Shown here: piece after piece, positions 1 through 10,737 of the stretch
How positions within the stretch are numbered: the stretch's first letter is position 1
Layout: every line of letters begins with the position of its first letter
Source: Fastidiosibacter lacustris
Lineage (GTDB): Bacteria; Pseudomonadota; Gammaproteobacteria; Francisellales; Francisellaceae
Direction of reading: 5' to 3'
DNA: 32,000 nt
Assembly (NCBI RefSeq): GCF_003428155.1
Contig: NZ_QLIR01000001.1
Span: 120,001-152,000, forward strand
Made by a program: the position numbers and the translations under genes
The notes under the pieces: generated by a model
What the model was told of the DNA's origin: nothing
The model's input: the letters and a program-made list of their open reading frames with translations, nothing else
The model's database searches: none

Positions 1-674
1 TAACGACCAATAGGTCGGTAAGGATGCCCGTTTTGACTGTCATATCCGACAAGAATGGTCTCGCCATTTGTAAGTTCTATTCTGCCAGATCCTTGAATTT
101 GTAAAAATGTGCGCTCAATACGAGAGCCTACCCAAGCAATCACATCTTTTTTACTGAGATAATTGTTATTAGAAATTTCTTCACGTGTGTAATAAGGTAC
201 AAGTTTACCTTTTACAATTCTGCCATATTGTGTGCCTGATTTTGTTTTCTTTTGCACTAAGTTGTTGGGTGTCTTATAAATAGGCACAGAATACTCCTCA
301 TTACGGTATAAGCTACCAGAGATGGCTGGAGCATAATATCCTGTAAAAAGACCTTCGACTTTGTCATCATAACGAACAAGATAGGGAGAAAAGTTTTGCT
401 CTATTATCTCTCGTGCTTTACGATCTGTATGGGCATAAGTAGCAAGAACGTTGTTGCAGCTAGTTATCCAGTTTTGGTTATAGTTTTTATTAGTTAGAAT
501 GGCTTTACATGAAATTTGTAAGGCTTGATAAGCGTACATTTGATCACCACAGTCCCAGTTAGGTAAAATTTGATAGCTCACAGGTTCAAAGCTAATACTC
601 GTGTTAGCAAAAGAACTAATAGGTAGAAAAAGGCTTAAAAGGTTTATTTTTAGGGCTTTGGGAATAAGGCTCAT
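1..674 (-). CDS. mltA: Membrane-bound lytic murein transglycosylase A (MltA)-like, C-terminus cut off by the window edge
   Basis: My own minus-strand translation from ATG at 674 (not in the ORF track, as it runs off the edge): MSLIPKALKINLLSLFLPISSFANTS... signal peptide, then GLFTGYYAPAISGS and LQIQGSGRIEL motifs typical of MltA. Confidence 0.8.
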   Translation of the reverse strand, partial: MSLIPKALKINLLSLFLPISSFANTSISFEPVSYQILPNWDCGDQMYAYQALQISCKAILTNKNYNQNWITSCNNVLATYAHTDRKAREIIEQNFSPYLVRYDDKVEGLFTGYYAPAISGSLYRNEEYSVPIYKTPNNLVQKKTKSGTQYGRIVKGKLVPYYTREEISNNNYLSKKDVIAWVGSRIERTFLQIQGSGRIELTNGETILVGYDSQNGHPYRPIGR

Positions 675-835
675 ATTGTAAGAGATATATTTTTCATGCT
701 GGTATTTTGGCGAGGATTCGATGGAAGTCAAGGCTATTTTTTGTTCTGAATATAAATTATATTTACATAGTTTGATGATGAATAATGATAAATAGCTAAA
801 GCCTTAAGCTATAGAGATAAAAAGTAAGATATTTT

Positions 836-862
836 CTTGAAATGCAAAAAAGCGCCCGCAAT
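836..862 (+). promoter_or_regulatory. Candidate sigma-32 heat-shock promoter upstream of grpE
   Basis: CTTGAAA (836-842), 12-nt spacer, CCCGCAAT (855-862), close to the CTTGAAA-N-CCCCATNT consensus and 45 nt before grpE. Confidence 0.6.
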
Positions 863-906
863 TGATACGCCGTAATAAAAACAGATAAATCAAAATAGGT
901 GTATCA

Positions 907-1485
907 ATGTCAAAAAAACATCATAAAGAATCCACAAATGAAATTGAACTTGAGCAGGGTGAAGATCAGATAGAATCAGTATCCCAAATGATTGATGAAG
1001 TATTAGTACTTAAAAAAGAGAATAATGAATTGCAAACTACAATCGCAAATATGCAAGAAACCGTTGCTACTGCGGATGATAAAGTTCTGCGTGCGCATGC
1101 TGAAATGGAGAATATTCGTCGTCGTGCGCAAAAAGATGTGGAAAATGCACATAAATTTGCACTAGAGAGATTTGCTAATGCGTTATTACCAGTGCTAGAT
1201 AGCCTAGAAAAGGCGGTTGAAGTTTCTGGTGAGTCAGATGAAGTAAAGGTAATGGCACAAGGCGTAACACTTACCATGAAAATGTTAGTTGATACATTAG
1301 AGAAATTTGGTGTGATACAGATTGATCCAATTGGTGAGGTATTTGATCCAAATAAGCATGAAGCAATGGCGATGTCACCTAATCCTGAAATGGATGATAA
1401 TATGGTAATGAACGTTTTCCAAAAAGGTTATGAGCTCAATAATCGTGTAATTCGACCTGCCCGTGTCTTGGTTGTGAAAAACTAG
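907..1485 (+). CDS. grpE: Nucleotide exchange factor GrpE
   Basis: ORF with GrpE motifs (AEMENIRRRAQKD, LLPVLDSLEKA, GVIQIDPIGEVFDPNKHEAM, VIRPARVLVVK) directly upstream of dnaK. Confidence 0.97.
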   Translation: MSKKHHKESTNEIELEQGEDQIESVSQMIDEVLVLKKENNELQTTIANMQETVATADDKVLRAHAEMENIRRRAQKDVENAHKFALERFANALLPVLDSLEKAVEVSGESDEVKVMAQGVTLTMKMLVDTLEKFGVIQIDPIGEVFDPNKHEAMAMSPNPEMDDNMVMNVFQKGYELNNRVIRPARVLVVKN

Positions 1486-1570
1486 ATTTAAAAGAAGCTG
1501 AAAATAAAACTTGAAAAATAAAAACGCGTCGGCATATTCCTTGGCGTTAAATTAAAAGGAGATAACAACA

Positions 1571-3514
1571 ATGGGTAAAATTATTGGTATAGATTTGGGG
1601 ACAACGAATTCATGTGTTGCTGTTATGGATGGTAAGAATGCGCGCGTAATTGAAAACGCAGAAGGTGCGCGGACAACTCCTTCAATTGTTGCTTATACAG
1701 AAGGGGGTGAGATTCTCGTTGGTCAAGCAGCTAAACGCCAGGCGGTGACGAATCCGCATAATACGTTATTTGCTGTTAAACGTTTAATTGGTCGCAAGTT
1801 TGATGAAAAAGTTGTGCAACACGACATCGTTAAAAAAGTGCCATATAAAGTCATTAAGGCAGATAATGGTGATGCTTGGGTTGAAGTATTAAAAGATAAA
1901 AAAATGGCGTCACCTCAAGTTTCAGCTGAAGTGTTGCGTAAAATGAAAAAAACAGCAGAAGACTTTTTAGGTGAGAAAGTAACAGAAGCAGTTATTACTG
2001 TTCCTGCTTATTTCAACGATGCACAACGTCAAGCAACTAAAGATGCAGGACGCATTGCAGGTTTGGATGTTAAGCGTATTATTAACGAACCAACAGCGGC
2101 AGCGCTTGCCTATGGTATGGATAAACAAAAATCAGATCAAACTATTGCTGTTTATGATTTAGGAGGTGGTACGTTTGATGTGTCTATTATTGAGATTGCA
2201 AACGTTGATGGAGACAGTCAAATTGAAGTACTGGCAACAAATGGAGATACTTTCTTAGGTGGTGAAGATTTTGATGTGGCTTTAATGAATTATTTGATCA
2301 ATGAGTTCAAAAAAGAAAGTGGTATTGATCTACATAATGATACATTAGCACTTCAACGCTTACGTGAAGCCGCAGAAAAAGCAAAAATTGAACTATCGTC
2401 TACACAGCAAACCGATGTGAATTTGCCTTATATTACAGCAGATGCAACAGGTCCTAAGCATTTAAACATTAAAGTAACACGTGCTAAATTTGAGTCTTTA
2501 GTTGAAGATTTGATTAAACGTTCAATTGAACCTTGTAGAAAAGCGTTAGCAGATGCAGGCTTAAAAGTATCCGATATTACCGATGTATTATTAGTTGGTG
2601 GTCAAACGCGTATGCCTAAAGTACAAGAGGAAGTCAAAAGCTTTTTTAACAAAGAACCACGCCGTGATGTTAACCCAGATGAAGCAGTAGCAATTGGTGC
2701 TGCAATCCAAGGTGGAGTATTAGCAGGAGACGTTAAAGATGTGTTGTTATTAGATGTAACGCCTTTATCTTTGGGTATTGAAACAATGGGAGGTGTAATG
2801 ACCAAGCTGATTGAGCGGAATACCACTATCCCAACTAAGAAATCACAAGTCTTTTCAACTGCAGAAGATAATCAACCTGCTGTGACCATTCATGTACTAC
2901 AAGGAGAGCGTGAGATGGCGTCAGCAAATAAGTCCTTAGGGCGCTTTGACTTATCTGATATTCCTCCAGCACCACGTGGAATGCCACAAATCGAAGTAAC
3001 TTTTGATATTGATGCCAATGGTATTTTGAACGTATCAGCAAAAGACAAGGCGACAGGTAAAGAACAAAATATTGTGATTAAAGCATCAAGTGGCTTATCT
3101 GAAGATGATATTAATAAAATGGTGCAAGATGCTGAAGCAAATGCAGAAACAGATAAGAAATTCCATGGGTTGGTAAATGCAAGAAATGCAGGTGATAATT
3201 TATTACACAGTGCACGTAAATCAATAAAAGACTTAGCAAATAAAATTACTGATGAAGAAAAAACAAAAGTAGAAACTGCATGTAATGAACTAGAGGCTGT
3301 GTTAAAAACAGATGATAAAGATAACATTGAGTTGAAGACAAAAGCACTAGAAGAAGCATTTGCGCCGATTTCACAAAAGGCCTATGAGTATGCACAAGGT
3401 AAAGCAGATGCAACACAAAATCATACTTCATCTGATGACTCAAATGCTAAGAAAGCAGATAGTAATGTCGTTGACGCTGAATTTGAAGAAGTGAAAGATG
3501 ACGATAAGAAATAA
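1571..3514 (+). CDS. dnaK: Molecular chaperone DnaK (Hsp70)
   Basis: Full-length ORF beginning [21 protein letters not shown]; Hsp70 signatures; acidic C-terminus. Confidence 0.99.
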   Translation: MGKIIGIDLGTTNSCVAVMDGKNARVIENAEGARTTPSIVAYTEGGEILVGQAAKRQAVTNPHNTLFAVKRLIGRKFDEKVVQHDIVKKVPYKVIKADNGDAWVEVLKDKKMASPQVSAEVLRKMKKTAEDFLGEKVTEAVITVPAYFNDAQRQATKDAGRIAGLDVKRIINEPTAAALAYGMDKQKSDQTIAVYDLGGGTFDVSIIEIANVDGDSQIEVLATNGDTFLGGEDFDVALMNYLINEFKKESGIDLHNDTLALQRLREAAEKAKIELSSTQQTDVNLPYITADATGPKHLNIKVTRAKFESLVEDLIKRSIEPCRKALADAGLKVSDITDVLLVGGQTRMPKVQEEVKSFFNKEPRRDVNPDEAVAIGAAIQGGVLAGDVKDVLLLDVTPLSLGIETMGGVMTKLIERNTTIPTKKSQVFSTAEDNQPAVTIHVLQGEREMASANKSLGRFDLSDIPPAPRGMPQIEVTFDIDANGILNVSAKDKATGKEQNIVIKASSGLSEDDINKMVQDAEANAETDKKFHGLVNARNAGDNLLHSARKSIKDLANKITDEEKTKVETACNELEAVLKTDDKDNIELKTKALEEAFAPISQKAYEYAQGKADATQNHTSSDDSNAKKADSNVVDAEFEEVKDDDKK

Positions 3515-3537
3515 TAAAAGCTAACTTTTAACTTGAA

Positions 3538-3563
3538 AAATGCGGGCATGTTCCGCATTTTTT
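3538..3563 (+). terminator. Intrinsic terminator between dnaK and dnaJ
   Basis: Perfect 8-bp stem AAATGCGG / CCGCATTT with 7-nt loop followed by a T run. Confidence 0.75.
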
Positions 3564-3603
3564 ATAGCGTTTTAAATGCAGACGAGAATAATGGTAAAAA
3601 GAC

Positions 3604-4719
3604 ATGCCCAGAGATTATTACGAAATATTAGGCGTATCCAAGAGTGCAACAGAACAGGAACTCAAACGTGCTTATCGTAAAATGGCGATGAAGTATCACC
3701 CTGATCGAAACCCAAATGATAAAGATGCCGAGACTAAATTCAAAGAAGCTTCAGAAGCTTATGAAATATTAAGCGATCCGCAAAAGCGTGCAGCATATGA
3801 CCAATTTGGTCATGCTGGTGTCCAACAAGGCTCAGGACATGGTGGGTTTAGCGGTGGTAACTTTAATGATGTTTTTGGTGATATTTTTAGTGATATTTTC
3901 GGTGGTGGGGCGCGGGGCGGAAGAAGCTCTCGTACTTATGCTCGTCGTGGTAACGATTTACAATATAACCTTGAAATTACCCTAGAAGAAGCAATTCATG
4001 GTACAACAAAGGAAATTAAAGTTCCAACTTATGTCAGCTGTGGTAGCTGTCATGGAACAGGGGGAACTGGTAAACAGACCTGTAGCATGTGTCATGGGGC
4101 TGGAGCTGTGAGAATGTCACAAGGTTTTTTTTCCGTTGAGCAGACATGCCCAACTTGTCATGGAACAGGTTCAATAATTAAAGATCCGTGTCGATCTTGT
4201 CATGGACAAGGTAGAAAACAGGATACCAAATCATTATCGGTTAAAATCCCAGCAGGTGTGGATACAGGGGATAGAATTAGGCTTGCAGGTGAAGGGGAAG
4301 CTGGTGAATATGGTGCCTCTTCTGGAGATTTATATGTGCAAGTACGTGTAAGAGAGCATGCTATTTTTGAGCGTAATGGTTCGGATCTTTATTGTGAAGT
4401 ACCTATTACTTTCATCATAGCATGTTTAGGTGGTGAGTTAGATGTGCCTACTATTGATGGTAAGGTGAAGCTTAAAATTCCACCTGAAACGCAAACAGGT
4501 AAATTATTTAGGTTACGTGGTAAAGGCGTTAAAGCGTTGCGAGGTAATAGCATGGGAGACTTAATGTGTAAAGTAACCGTTGAAACACCCGTTAATTTAA
4601 ATACCAAACAGCGTGCTTTATTAGAGGAGTTTGCTGCCTCTTTAGGCGAACAACATACGCACTCGCCAAAGTCAAAATCTTGGTTTGATAACGTTAAAGA
4701 GTTTTTTGCAGGTTCCTAA
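3604..4719 (+). CDS. dnaJ: Chaperone DnaJ
   Basis: J-domain (HPDRNP), G/F-rich region, four CxxCxGxG zinc motifs. Confidence 0.98.
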   Translation: MPRDYYEILGVSKSATEQELKRAYRKMAMKYHPDRNPNDKDAETKFKEASEAYEILSDPQKRAAYDQFGHAGVQQGSGHGGFSGGNFNDVFGDIFSDIFGGGARGGRSSRTYARRGNDLQYNLEITLEEAIHGTTKEIKVPTYVSCGSCHGTGGTGKQTCSMCHGAGAVRMSQGFFSVEQTCPTCHGTGSIIKDPCRSCHGQGRKQDTKSLSVKIPAGVDTGDRIRLAGEGEAGEYGASSGDLYVQVRVREHAIFERNGSDLYCEVPITFIIACLGGELDVPTIDGKVKLKIPPETQTGKLFRLRGKGVKALRGNSMGDLMCKVTVETPVNLNTKQRALLEEFAASLGEQHTHSPKSKSWFDNVKEFFAGS

Positions 4720-4812
4720 AATTTCAGGCGTTATAGAAAAACGTGATTATAAATCCGAGATTTTGATTGCTTTTTTTTGATACTTTCACAATCTGCAAAC
4801 GATTAGAATTAG

Positions 4813-4889
<77 letters not shown>

Positions 4890-5163
4890 TATGAAAGCCT
4901 TACAAAATAATATTTTATCAAATAAATAAAAAAGCAATAAAAGGTAATGATTAAAACTAAAGGTAACATATAGGTAACAAGGAAAATCTGTTATGAGGTG
5001 TGATGTTGGTTGTACAATTCACTCAGGTACAGCCAGGATATCAATTAAAAAAATTGAGTTTGTGTAAAGTTTTAGTTTTTAATGCACAAAGTTTTAATGT
5101 TTTTATTGCATAATATAATATGCAAAGCCATAATTTGATAAAATTTTGGATGACGGAAGCAAT

Positions 5164-5365
5164 ATGCCGATAAAGCCAGAAGAAATTGCTAAAATCCTAA
5201 AACAAAATGGATGGATAGAGCTTAAGAAAAGGCAAGGGTTCGCATAGGCAATATATAAAAGATGGTAAATTGACAACAATTCCATTTCATAAAGGTAGAG
5301 ACGTTCCTTATCCAACTGTTAAAATGATTGAAAAACAAACAAGTGTAAAATTGTTGAAAAAATGA
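5164..5365 (+). pseudogene. hicA: Frameshifted HicA-type mRNA interferase toxin
   Basis: ATG at 5164 gives MPIKPEEIAKILKQNGWIELKKRQGFA*. Removing one T in GGGTTCG restores ...RQGSHRQYIKDGKLTTIPFHKGRDVPYPTVKMIEKQTSVKLLKK*, a HicA sequence directly upstream of hicB. Confidence 0.8.
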
Positions 5366-5373
5366 GGTAGATT

Positions 5374-5799
5374 ATGGAAACACTACGTTATCCCGCAAAA
5401 ATCACCCAAGAGGATGAGGCTTATATTGTGCTTTTCCGTGATTTAGAGGGATGTCATACTTTTGGTGATACTTTGGAGGAAGCACGTGCTATGGCGCAAG
5501 AAGCATTAGATTGCTATCTTGAAGCTTGCTTGCAGGAAGGAATTAAAGTGAATCGCCCATCAGTAAAACTTGATGATGAAACAGAATTTTTCCCATCAGT
5601 TGAGGTATCTGTGCCTCTCTTACTGCGTTTTTGTCGTGAAGACCATAATATGACGATGATACAGATGGCAAATGCAATGGATATTGCCTACCAGAATTAT
5701 CAAGCAATTGAATCTGGTAAACGCAAGAATTTGACTCTCATCACGCTCAAAAAAGCATTTGCTGCAATCGGTTGCCAAGCAAGATTACAGCTTGGTTAA
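5374..5799 (+). CDS. hicB: HicB-family antitoxin with C-terminal HTH
   Basis: MRYPAKITQEDEAYIVLFRDLEGCHTFGDTLEEA- HicB fold plus XRE-like C-terminus (MANAMDIAYQNYQAIESGKRKNLTLITLKKAF). Confidence 0.85.
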   Translation: METLRYPAKITQEDEAYIVLFRDLEGCHTFGDTLEEARAMAQEALDCYLEACLQEGIKVNRPSVKLDDETEFFPSVEVSVPLLLRFCREDHNMTMIQMANAMDIAYQNYQAIESGKRKNLTLITLKKAFAAIGCQARLQLG

Positions 5800-6105
5800 A
5801 TCATCCTCAACGCTTTGCGAGCGAGCGATTCCGTCCTTCTTTAATCTTTTTACGTTAAGTTCATTATTTTGTTGAGACATAATGTTTTTCTACATTTTTA
5901 TGAGTTAACAGATAGATAATATATGAGATTGTTAGGTTTAATAAATATATTATTTTTAATATAAAGCTTTATTTCTTTTCACTATATAACATCTTAGGTT
6001 CTATTTGTTACATAAAATATCTTGTTAAAAAAATTATAACTTGGATAATCAATTTTGCTTTAAATGCTTTATGAGCAATTTTCAGTAACTTTATTAGGGA
6101 GACTC

Positions 6106-6861
6106 ATGATGAAAAAATTATTTGGTAGTTTAGTTTTTGCTATAGGATTTGGTTTTTCTGTAGCATATGGAGGACCTTTTTACTTGCTATGTTTTATGTC
6201 ATGTGTCGCTGGATGTGAAGCAATTTGCGCTGCGCTTACAGGACCTGCTGCTGTTGCATGTTTGCCTCCTTGCGTTGAGGGTTGTGGAGCATCATGTGTT
6301 GCGTCATGTTTTTCTCCCTCAACAAAATTAATCACCAAAGAAAATGGAGTAGAAATAGAAAAAGAAATAGCTAATATACATCCTGGCGACCAAGTTAAAA
6401 CCATTAAAAATGGAAAACCATTTTGGACGACAGTAACAAAAAATATTAAAACTGAAGGATTATTTGAATTTATCCGAATTAAGGCTAATTCATCATCAAA
6501 TCAACAAACGATAGAACTTGAAATTACTCCAAGTCATGGTGTGGTAATGCTTGTTGACAACAATAAAACGATTGATATAGCAAAAAACTTAGTTCTTGGT
6601 GATAATTTGTTGGCATCTAATGGTGACATGTTGTCAGTAACCGAGATTAATACGGTAGTAGTGCCAGATAGATACACTCTTGAAACTGCTGAAGGTAGTG
6701 TATTAGCCTCTAATGTGTTTGTCTCTACTATTTGTAGTGAAGAAATAGCTAATGGAGAGCAACTTTGGGATGATAAATTAAAAGATTGGAGCGAAAGGCA
6801 TAGAGATATTTTTTCAGCTCAAATTGTGGGACAGGTTTTTGATAAATCAAAAAATAACTAA
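6106..6861 (+). CDS. Secreted Cys-rich protein with Hint (hedgehog/intein-like) domain
   Basis: Likely start at 6106 after GGGAGACTC. Signal peptide MMKKLFGSLVFAIGFGFSVAYG, Cys-rich segment, then CFSPSTKLITKENG...IHPGDQVKT...ITPSHGVVM...VVVPDRYTLETAEGSVLASNVFVSTIC, a Hint pattern. Confidence 0.65.
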   Translation: MMKKLFGSLVFAIGFGFSVAYGGPFYLLCFMSCVAGCEAICAALTGPAAVACLPPCVEGCGASCVASCFSPSTKLITKENGVEIEKEIANIHPGDQVKTIKNGKPFWTTVTKNIKTEGLFEFIRIKANSSSNQQTIELEITPSHGVVMLVDNNKTIDIAKNLVLGDNLLASNGDMLSVTEINTVVVPDRYTLETAEGSVLASNVFVSTICSEEIANGEQLWDDKLKDWSERHRDIFSAQIVGQVFDKSKNN

Positions 6862-7165
6862 AAATAACACTTTATATGATCGTAAGCTAAACCTGATGTT
6901 TGGTTGGTTTACTCTTATTCACTTATAGGCAAACCTACACTTATCAGTTATTACCCTTGCAAATCCAATAATTTCATCATTAAAAAATATGGCTGCACAT
7001 AAAGAGTTTTGTATTGCCTTTTGTACAATATTTAAAGGTATATTCTTACACCAATAGCATTCTTTTAGCCAATGGTGTAATGTTTTTATATCAATTTTTT
7101 CTTTTTGAATGTCAAAAATATGCTAAAATGATTCATAATGATGTTTTATTGAATCTAAAGGCGTT

Positions 7166-7399
7166 GTGATGAGTGGAAAAATTCAAGTTACAGTCGATGA
7201 AAGTTTAAATAAGGCTATTCATGTTCAGGCACAAAAAATGGGGTTGTCTGTTAGTTCTTATGCAAGGTATGCCATTAAGGATTTTATGGAGCGAAATAAG
7301 TCGAAGAAGACACTACTGGAAAAGGCGCTGGAATCTGAGAGCAAGGAAATTAGTTTGGCTGCTTTTAAAGAACAAATTAAGGCGCTGAGAGGTGCTTAA
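7166..7399 (+). CDS. RelB/DinJ-like antitoxin (ribbon-helix-helix)
   Basis: KIQVTVDESLNKAIHVQAQKMGLSVSSYARYAIKDFM; overlaps downstream YafQ-like ORF by 8 nt. Confidence 0.75.
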   Translation: MMSGKIQVTVDESLNKAIHVQAQKMGLSVSSYARYAIKDFMERNKSKKTLLEKALESESKEISLAAFKEQIKALRGA

Positions 7400-7664
7400 A
7401 TTATATCAAAAGAAAGAGTTCAAGAAATCGCTTAAAAAATATCGTCATAAGCAAAAGGTACTTAATGAATTAGAGAAAGTCGTCGAATTGTTAATACATG
7501 AGAAGGTTTTGCCCGTGAAATATAGAGATCATGAATTATCGGGAAATTTTAAAGGAATTAGAGAATTGCACTTATTTTCAGATGACCTTTTGATGTATGT
7601 TAAGATTGAAAAGGAAAGCATTACATTGGTTGCTATAGGCAGTCATGCTGAGTTGTTTGGTTAA
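7392..7664 (+). CDS. RelE/YafQ-family mRNA interferase toxin
   Basis: QKKEFKKSLKKYRHK...LLIHEKVLPVKYRDHELSGNFKGIRELHLFSDDLLMYVKI...LVAIGSHAELF, typical YafQ family pattern. Confidence 0.85.
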   Translation: MLKLYQKKEFKKSLKKYRHKQKVLNELEKVVELLIHEKVLPVKYRDHELSGNFKGIRELHLFSDDLLMYVKIEKESITLVAIGSHAELFG

Positions 7665-8316
7665 ACAAATCATCCTCAACAGTTGCCCAGCTGGTGCTGA
7701 ACATTTGCAAAGCGTCAGATGTTTGTAATGGTTCTTCAGCGAGCTTTCTTAAAATGTCACTCGGTGCAGTCACCGCTTGCGCGCCAATGTCCATGCTGTA
7801 GTAAATATCCTCAATGTTTTTAATGCTTGCCATCATTAATTTGCTCTTGCAGTTGACGCTTTTGACGATGTCAGCCATCCTCCTGATTTCGTTTTCCCAG
7901 TTTATATTAGATTGTTTTATATGATCAAAATAAGGGGCAATATAGTCAACATTTAGTTGACAAGATGTAAGCACCTGTCCAGCAGTGAATATGGCTGTCG
8001 ATAACACGGGAATATTCTCACTAACAAGCTCTTTCATTGCCTTGAATCCTTGCTTATTGGCTTGGATTTTTACTATAAATCGGGTAGAAATTGTTCTCAG
8101 ATGACGTGCTTGAGCAATGATCCCGAGAGTATCCTGTGCAGTAACTTGAACGCAGATAGGCTGATCGTTTATTTCAAGCAATCGTTGAAGAGTCTGCAAG
8201 GGACTATTTTGGCTACTAGCTAAGATTTTAGGATTAGTAGTAATGCCACTTGTAAGTCCGACATGATCAAAGTATCTAGCATCACTTAAGTTTGAGCTGT
8301 CTAGCCATATTTCCAT
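7633..8316 (-). CDS. Fructose-6-phosphate aldolase / transaldolase-like protein
   Basis: MEIWLDSSNLSDARYF...GITTNPKILA...VQVTAQD...FIVKIQANKQGFKAMKEL..IPVLSTAIFTAGQ....YIAPYFDHI pattern. Confidence 0.8.
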   Translation of the reverse strand: MEIWLDSSNLSDARYFDHVGLTSGITTNPKILASSQNSPLQTLQRLLEINDQPICVQVTAQDTLGIIAQARHLRTISTRFIVKIQANKQGFKAMKELVSENIPVLSTAIFTAGQVLTSCQLNVDYIAPYFDHIKQSNINWENEIRRMADIVKSVNCKSKLMMASIKNIEDIYYSMDIGAQAVTAPSDILRKLAEEPLQTSDALQMFSTSWATVEDDLFNQTTQHDCL

Positions 8317-8325
8317 GTTGTTTCC

Positions 8326-9114
8326 TTATAAATTAATTTTTGTCGCTTTTGCAGCGAGCTCATACAATGTATTGCATTCAAATTTTGCTTTTAATGTTGA
8401 TAGTTGATTGTCAACCGTTTTTACTGATCGACAGCGTTTGCTTGCTGTTTCTTTTAAATTTAATCCTCCTTTAAGAAAATTTAAAATTCTGCGTTCTTGT
8501 CTTGTGATATATTGACCTGATTGTGAATCAATATATATTTTGCTAGTGCTCTTATCAAGCACTGTCACAAGCTCATTAATAATTTGATCAGATATTGAGA
8601 CACTTGAAGGCTTAATAACAAAGTCTGGAATAATGATTTTTTGATTTTCTGCTTCTGTAATAATATGTGATGCTTTGTCATTAAAATAATTGATAAATGC
8701 ATGCAGTGCGGACAGTATTTTACCTAAATCATTGTGCTCTAAAGATACATGGCGGTGAAAACCAAAGTGATAAAATTTGGTTTTAGTTGTATGCTTTTTA
8801 ATGATTGTAATACCATTTTCTATGCCGAAATCACTAGCCTCACGATACACTGGGGATTGAACCCATTCCCAAAGAATGTGACCATCTTGCATGTGTTGAA
8901 ATCCTTTTTCAAAGATAGCAACATTATACAGCTTATGATCATAATAATGCTGAATCCAGTCTGAGTGGGTAGTTAATCTGACATGTGAGCCATCTAAATA
9001 ATTCGCGTCAAATGTAAAGTAGTTTAAGCCGATTCGTTCCAATGGTTTTACAAGTAGTTTGATATCATGCACGTTGCGTTCCATTACTCTGTTTTGAATT
9101 AAATTTTGCTCCAT
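8326..9114 (-). CDS. LuxR-type transcriptional regulator (orphan)
   Basis: C-terminal LuxR HTH: LTRQERRILNFLKGGLNLKETASKRCRSVKTVDNQLSTLKAKFECNTLYELA, with large N-terminal sensory-like domain. Confidence 0.75.
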   Translation of the reverse strand: MEQNLIQNRVMERNVHDIKLLVKPLERIGLNYFTFDANYLDGSHVRLTTHSDWIQHYYDHKLYNVAIFEKGFQHMQDGHILWEWVQSPVYREASDFGIENGITIIKKHTTKTKFYHFGFHRHVSLEHNDLGKILSALHAFINYFNDKASHIITEAENQKIIIPDFVIKPSSVSISDQIINELVTVLDKSTSKIYIDSQSGQYITRQERRILNFLKGGLNLKETASKRCRSVKTVDNQLSTLKAKFECNTLYELAAKATKINL

Positions 9115-9193
9115 TTATTAAGTACCTCAATATTATTTCTGTTGTGAAAACAATTCTTATCTTGATACCCCATTCCCCAGTCCCAGCGGTTCG

Positions 9194-10525
9194 TTATACA
9201 TGCACTAGAATTTCACCTCCTTGAGTTATTTCCTCAAGGGACTTTTGCTTGGTTTCAGTAATGCAATAAGTAAAAAATATAAACCCAATTATTGATATTA
9301 TGGCAAATGTAAGAAATGTTGCTGATGTGCCCAGCAAACTTATCATTGTCGGGAAAAACATTGCAACAATTATGTTTGTAAACCAATTAGCTGCAATTGA
9401 TAAGCTCATGCCCAATCCGCGAATATCAATTGGGAAAATTTCAGCTGGTAGCAAAAAGCATGCTGGTCCAACGCTTAACCCTTGGCACAATACAAATATA
9501 ACAGATAGTATCAGAATGACGCTTGCAAGGATTATAGGGTTATTTATCAATGCATATGAGGCACTCATCAAAACAAGGCACGTGATAATGCCAACCAATC
9601 CAGTTAGCAGCATTCTTCTTCTGCCAAGTTTATCTAACTTTCTGCTAGCTATAATTGCAGCAAACATAACTGCAAAACCTATAAATATGGATGCAAATAT
9701 AGCTATATTCCCATTTCTAAACCCTGCATCCATCAAAATGGTTGGAGCATAGTAAATCACAGCATTAATTCCAACCGCTTGCGTAAATATGCCAATGGCA
9801 ATGCCAATTAGCAAAAGTCGTTTATGTGTCCACGTAAGTTTGCTTAATTTTGTCACTTGGACATGCTTGTTTTTGCGAACAAACTCAAGTTCAGTATTTT
9901 GGTCAACGATGGAATATAACTCTTTAATAACCCTATTAGCTTGTGCTTCGCGTCCTTTTGTATAAAGCCATCGTGGAGACTCTGGTAATACTTTTAAACA
10001 TAAAGTGAATATAATTGCAGGAATCGCGGTGATTAAAAACATTAACTGCCAAGATTCAAAGCCTGCAAGTAGCGCATTGCTTACATAGCATAAGAATATT
10101 CCTGCATTAACTGATATGAGATAGTATGTCACAATTTTACCTCTATGCTGAGCAGGTGACAACTCGCTAAGATATAGAGGTGTAATAGTTGAGCTTAATC
10201 CAACACCTAATCCCATAAATAGTCGACCAATGATTATCCAGTCAATATTCATGCCTATGGTGCAAAAAATACTCCCAGTTAAGAATAGTAAACCAGTTAT
10301 CACTAAGGCTTTTTTTCTGCCAAAATAGTCTATAACTCTGCCTGACAATACAGCTGAAACTAGGGCGCCTATAGGTACTCCGCTTACAATAATACCCTCA
10401 GCCAACGGTGTTAAATGAAAGTCGTTTTTTAAATAAATCATTGCCCCTGAAATGATACCAGCATCAAAACCGAACAGCAGTCCTGATATTGAGCACACAA
10501 ATAGAATAAACTTCAAATTCCTCAT
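9194..10525 (-). CDS. MFS sugar porter (sugar:H+ symporter family)
   Basis: GLLFGFDAGIISGAMIYLK..., GRLFMGLGVGLSSTITPLYLSELSPAQHRGKIVT, PESPRWLYTKGR, GPACFLLPAEIFPIDIRG. Confidence 0.9.
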   Translation of the reverse strand: MRNLKFILFVCSISGLLFGFDAGIISGAMIYLKNDFHLTPLAEGIIVSGVPIGALVSAVLSGRVIDYFGRKKALVITGLLFLTGSIFCTIGMNIDWIIIGRLFMGLGVGLSSTITPLYLSELSPAQHRGKIVTYYLISVNAGIFLCYVSNALLAGFESWQLMFLITAIPAIIFTLCLKVLPESPRWLYTKGREAQANRVIKELYSIVDQNTELEFVRKNKHVQVTKLSKLTWTHKRLLLIGIAIGIFTQAVGINAVIYYAPTILMDAGFRNGNIAIFASIFIGFAVMFAAIIASRKLDKLGRRRMLLTGLVGIITCLVLMSASYALINNPIILASVILILSVIFVLCQGLSVGPACFLLPAEIFPIDIRGLGMSLSIAANWFTNIIVAMFFPTMISLLGTSATFLTFAIISIIGFIFFTYCITETKQKSLEEITQGGEILVHV

Positions 10526-10615
10526 TTTAAAACTCCCTTATTTTTGTAGTAGAGACTTATGACAAAATGTAACTAAATTTGCATAAAGCACAACAATTTT
10601 TTATATACATCAGCA

Positions 10616-10657
10616 ATATTTAGGGGGTTTCCCCTAAAAATCCGAAATATTTAGGGG
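10616..10657. promoter_or_regulatory. Repeated TTTAGGGG half-sites upstream of the sugar block
   Basis: TTTAGGGG(10619-10626)-GTTT-CCCCTAAA(10631-10638), a perfect 8-bp inverted repeat, plus a third direct copy at 10650-10657 exactly 31 bp from the first. Confidence 0.5.
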
Positions 10658-10737
10658 ATTTCGATGAATGATTTTTACGTGTTGATACATGAAAATACTA
10701 AACACATGGCAGCCAAGATGGATTGCTATTAAGTACA

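Noticed and set aside
966-1277. Antisense ORFs within grpE and dnaK (966-1277, 2602-2826, 2890-3327 on minus; 2835-3041, 3246-3443 in other frames)
   Set aside because: Completely overlap strongly supported chaperone genes; low-complexity, no homology-like features.
5798-7680. 14-bp repeat AAATCATCCTCAAC at about 5799 and about 7667 as mobile-element or att boundaries
   Set aside because: Short, not matching the tRNA 3' end, and the second copy lies inside the transaldolase-like coding sequence. Insufficient evidence.
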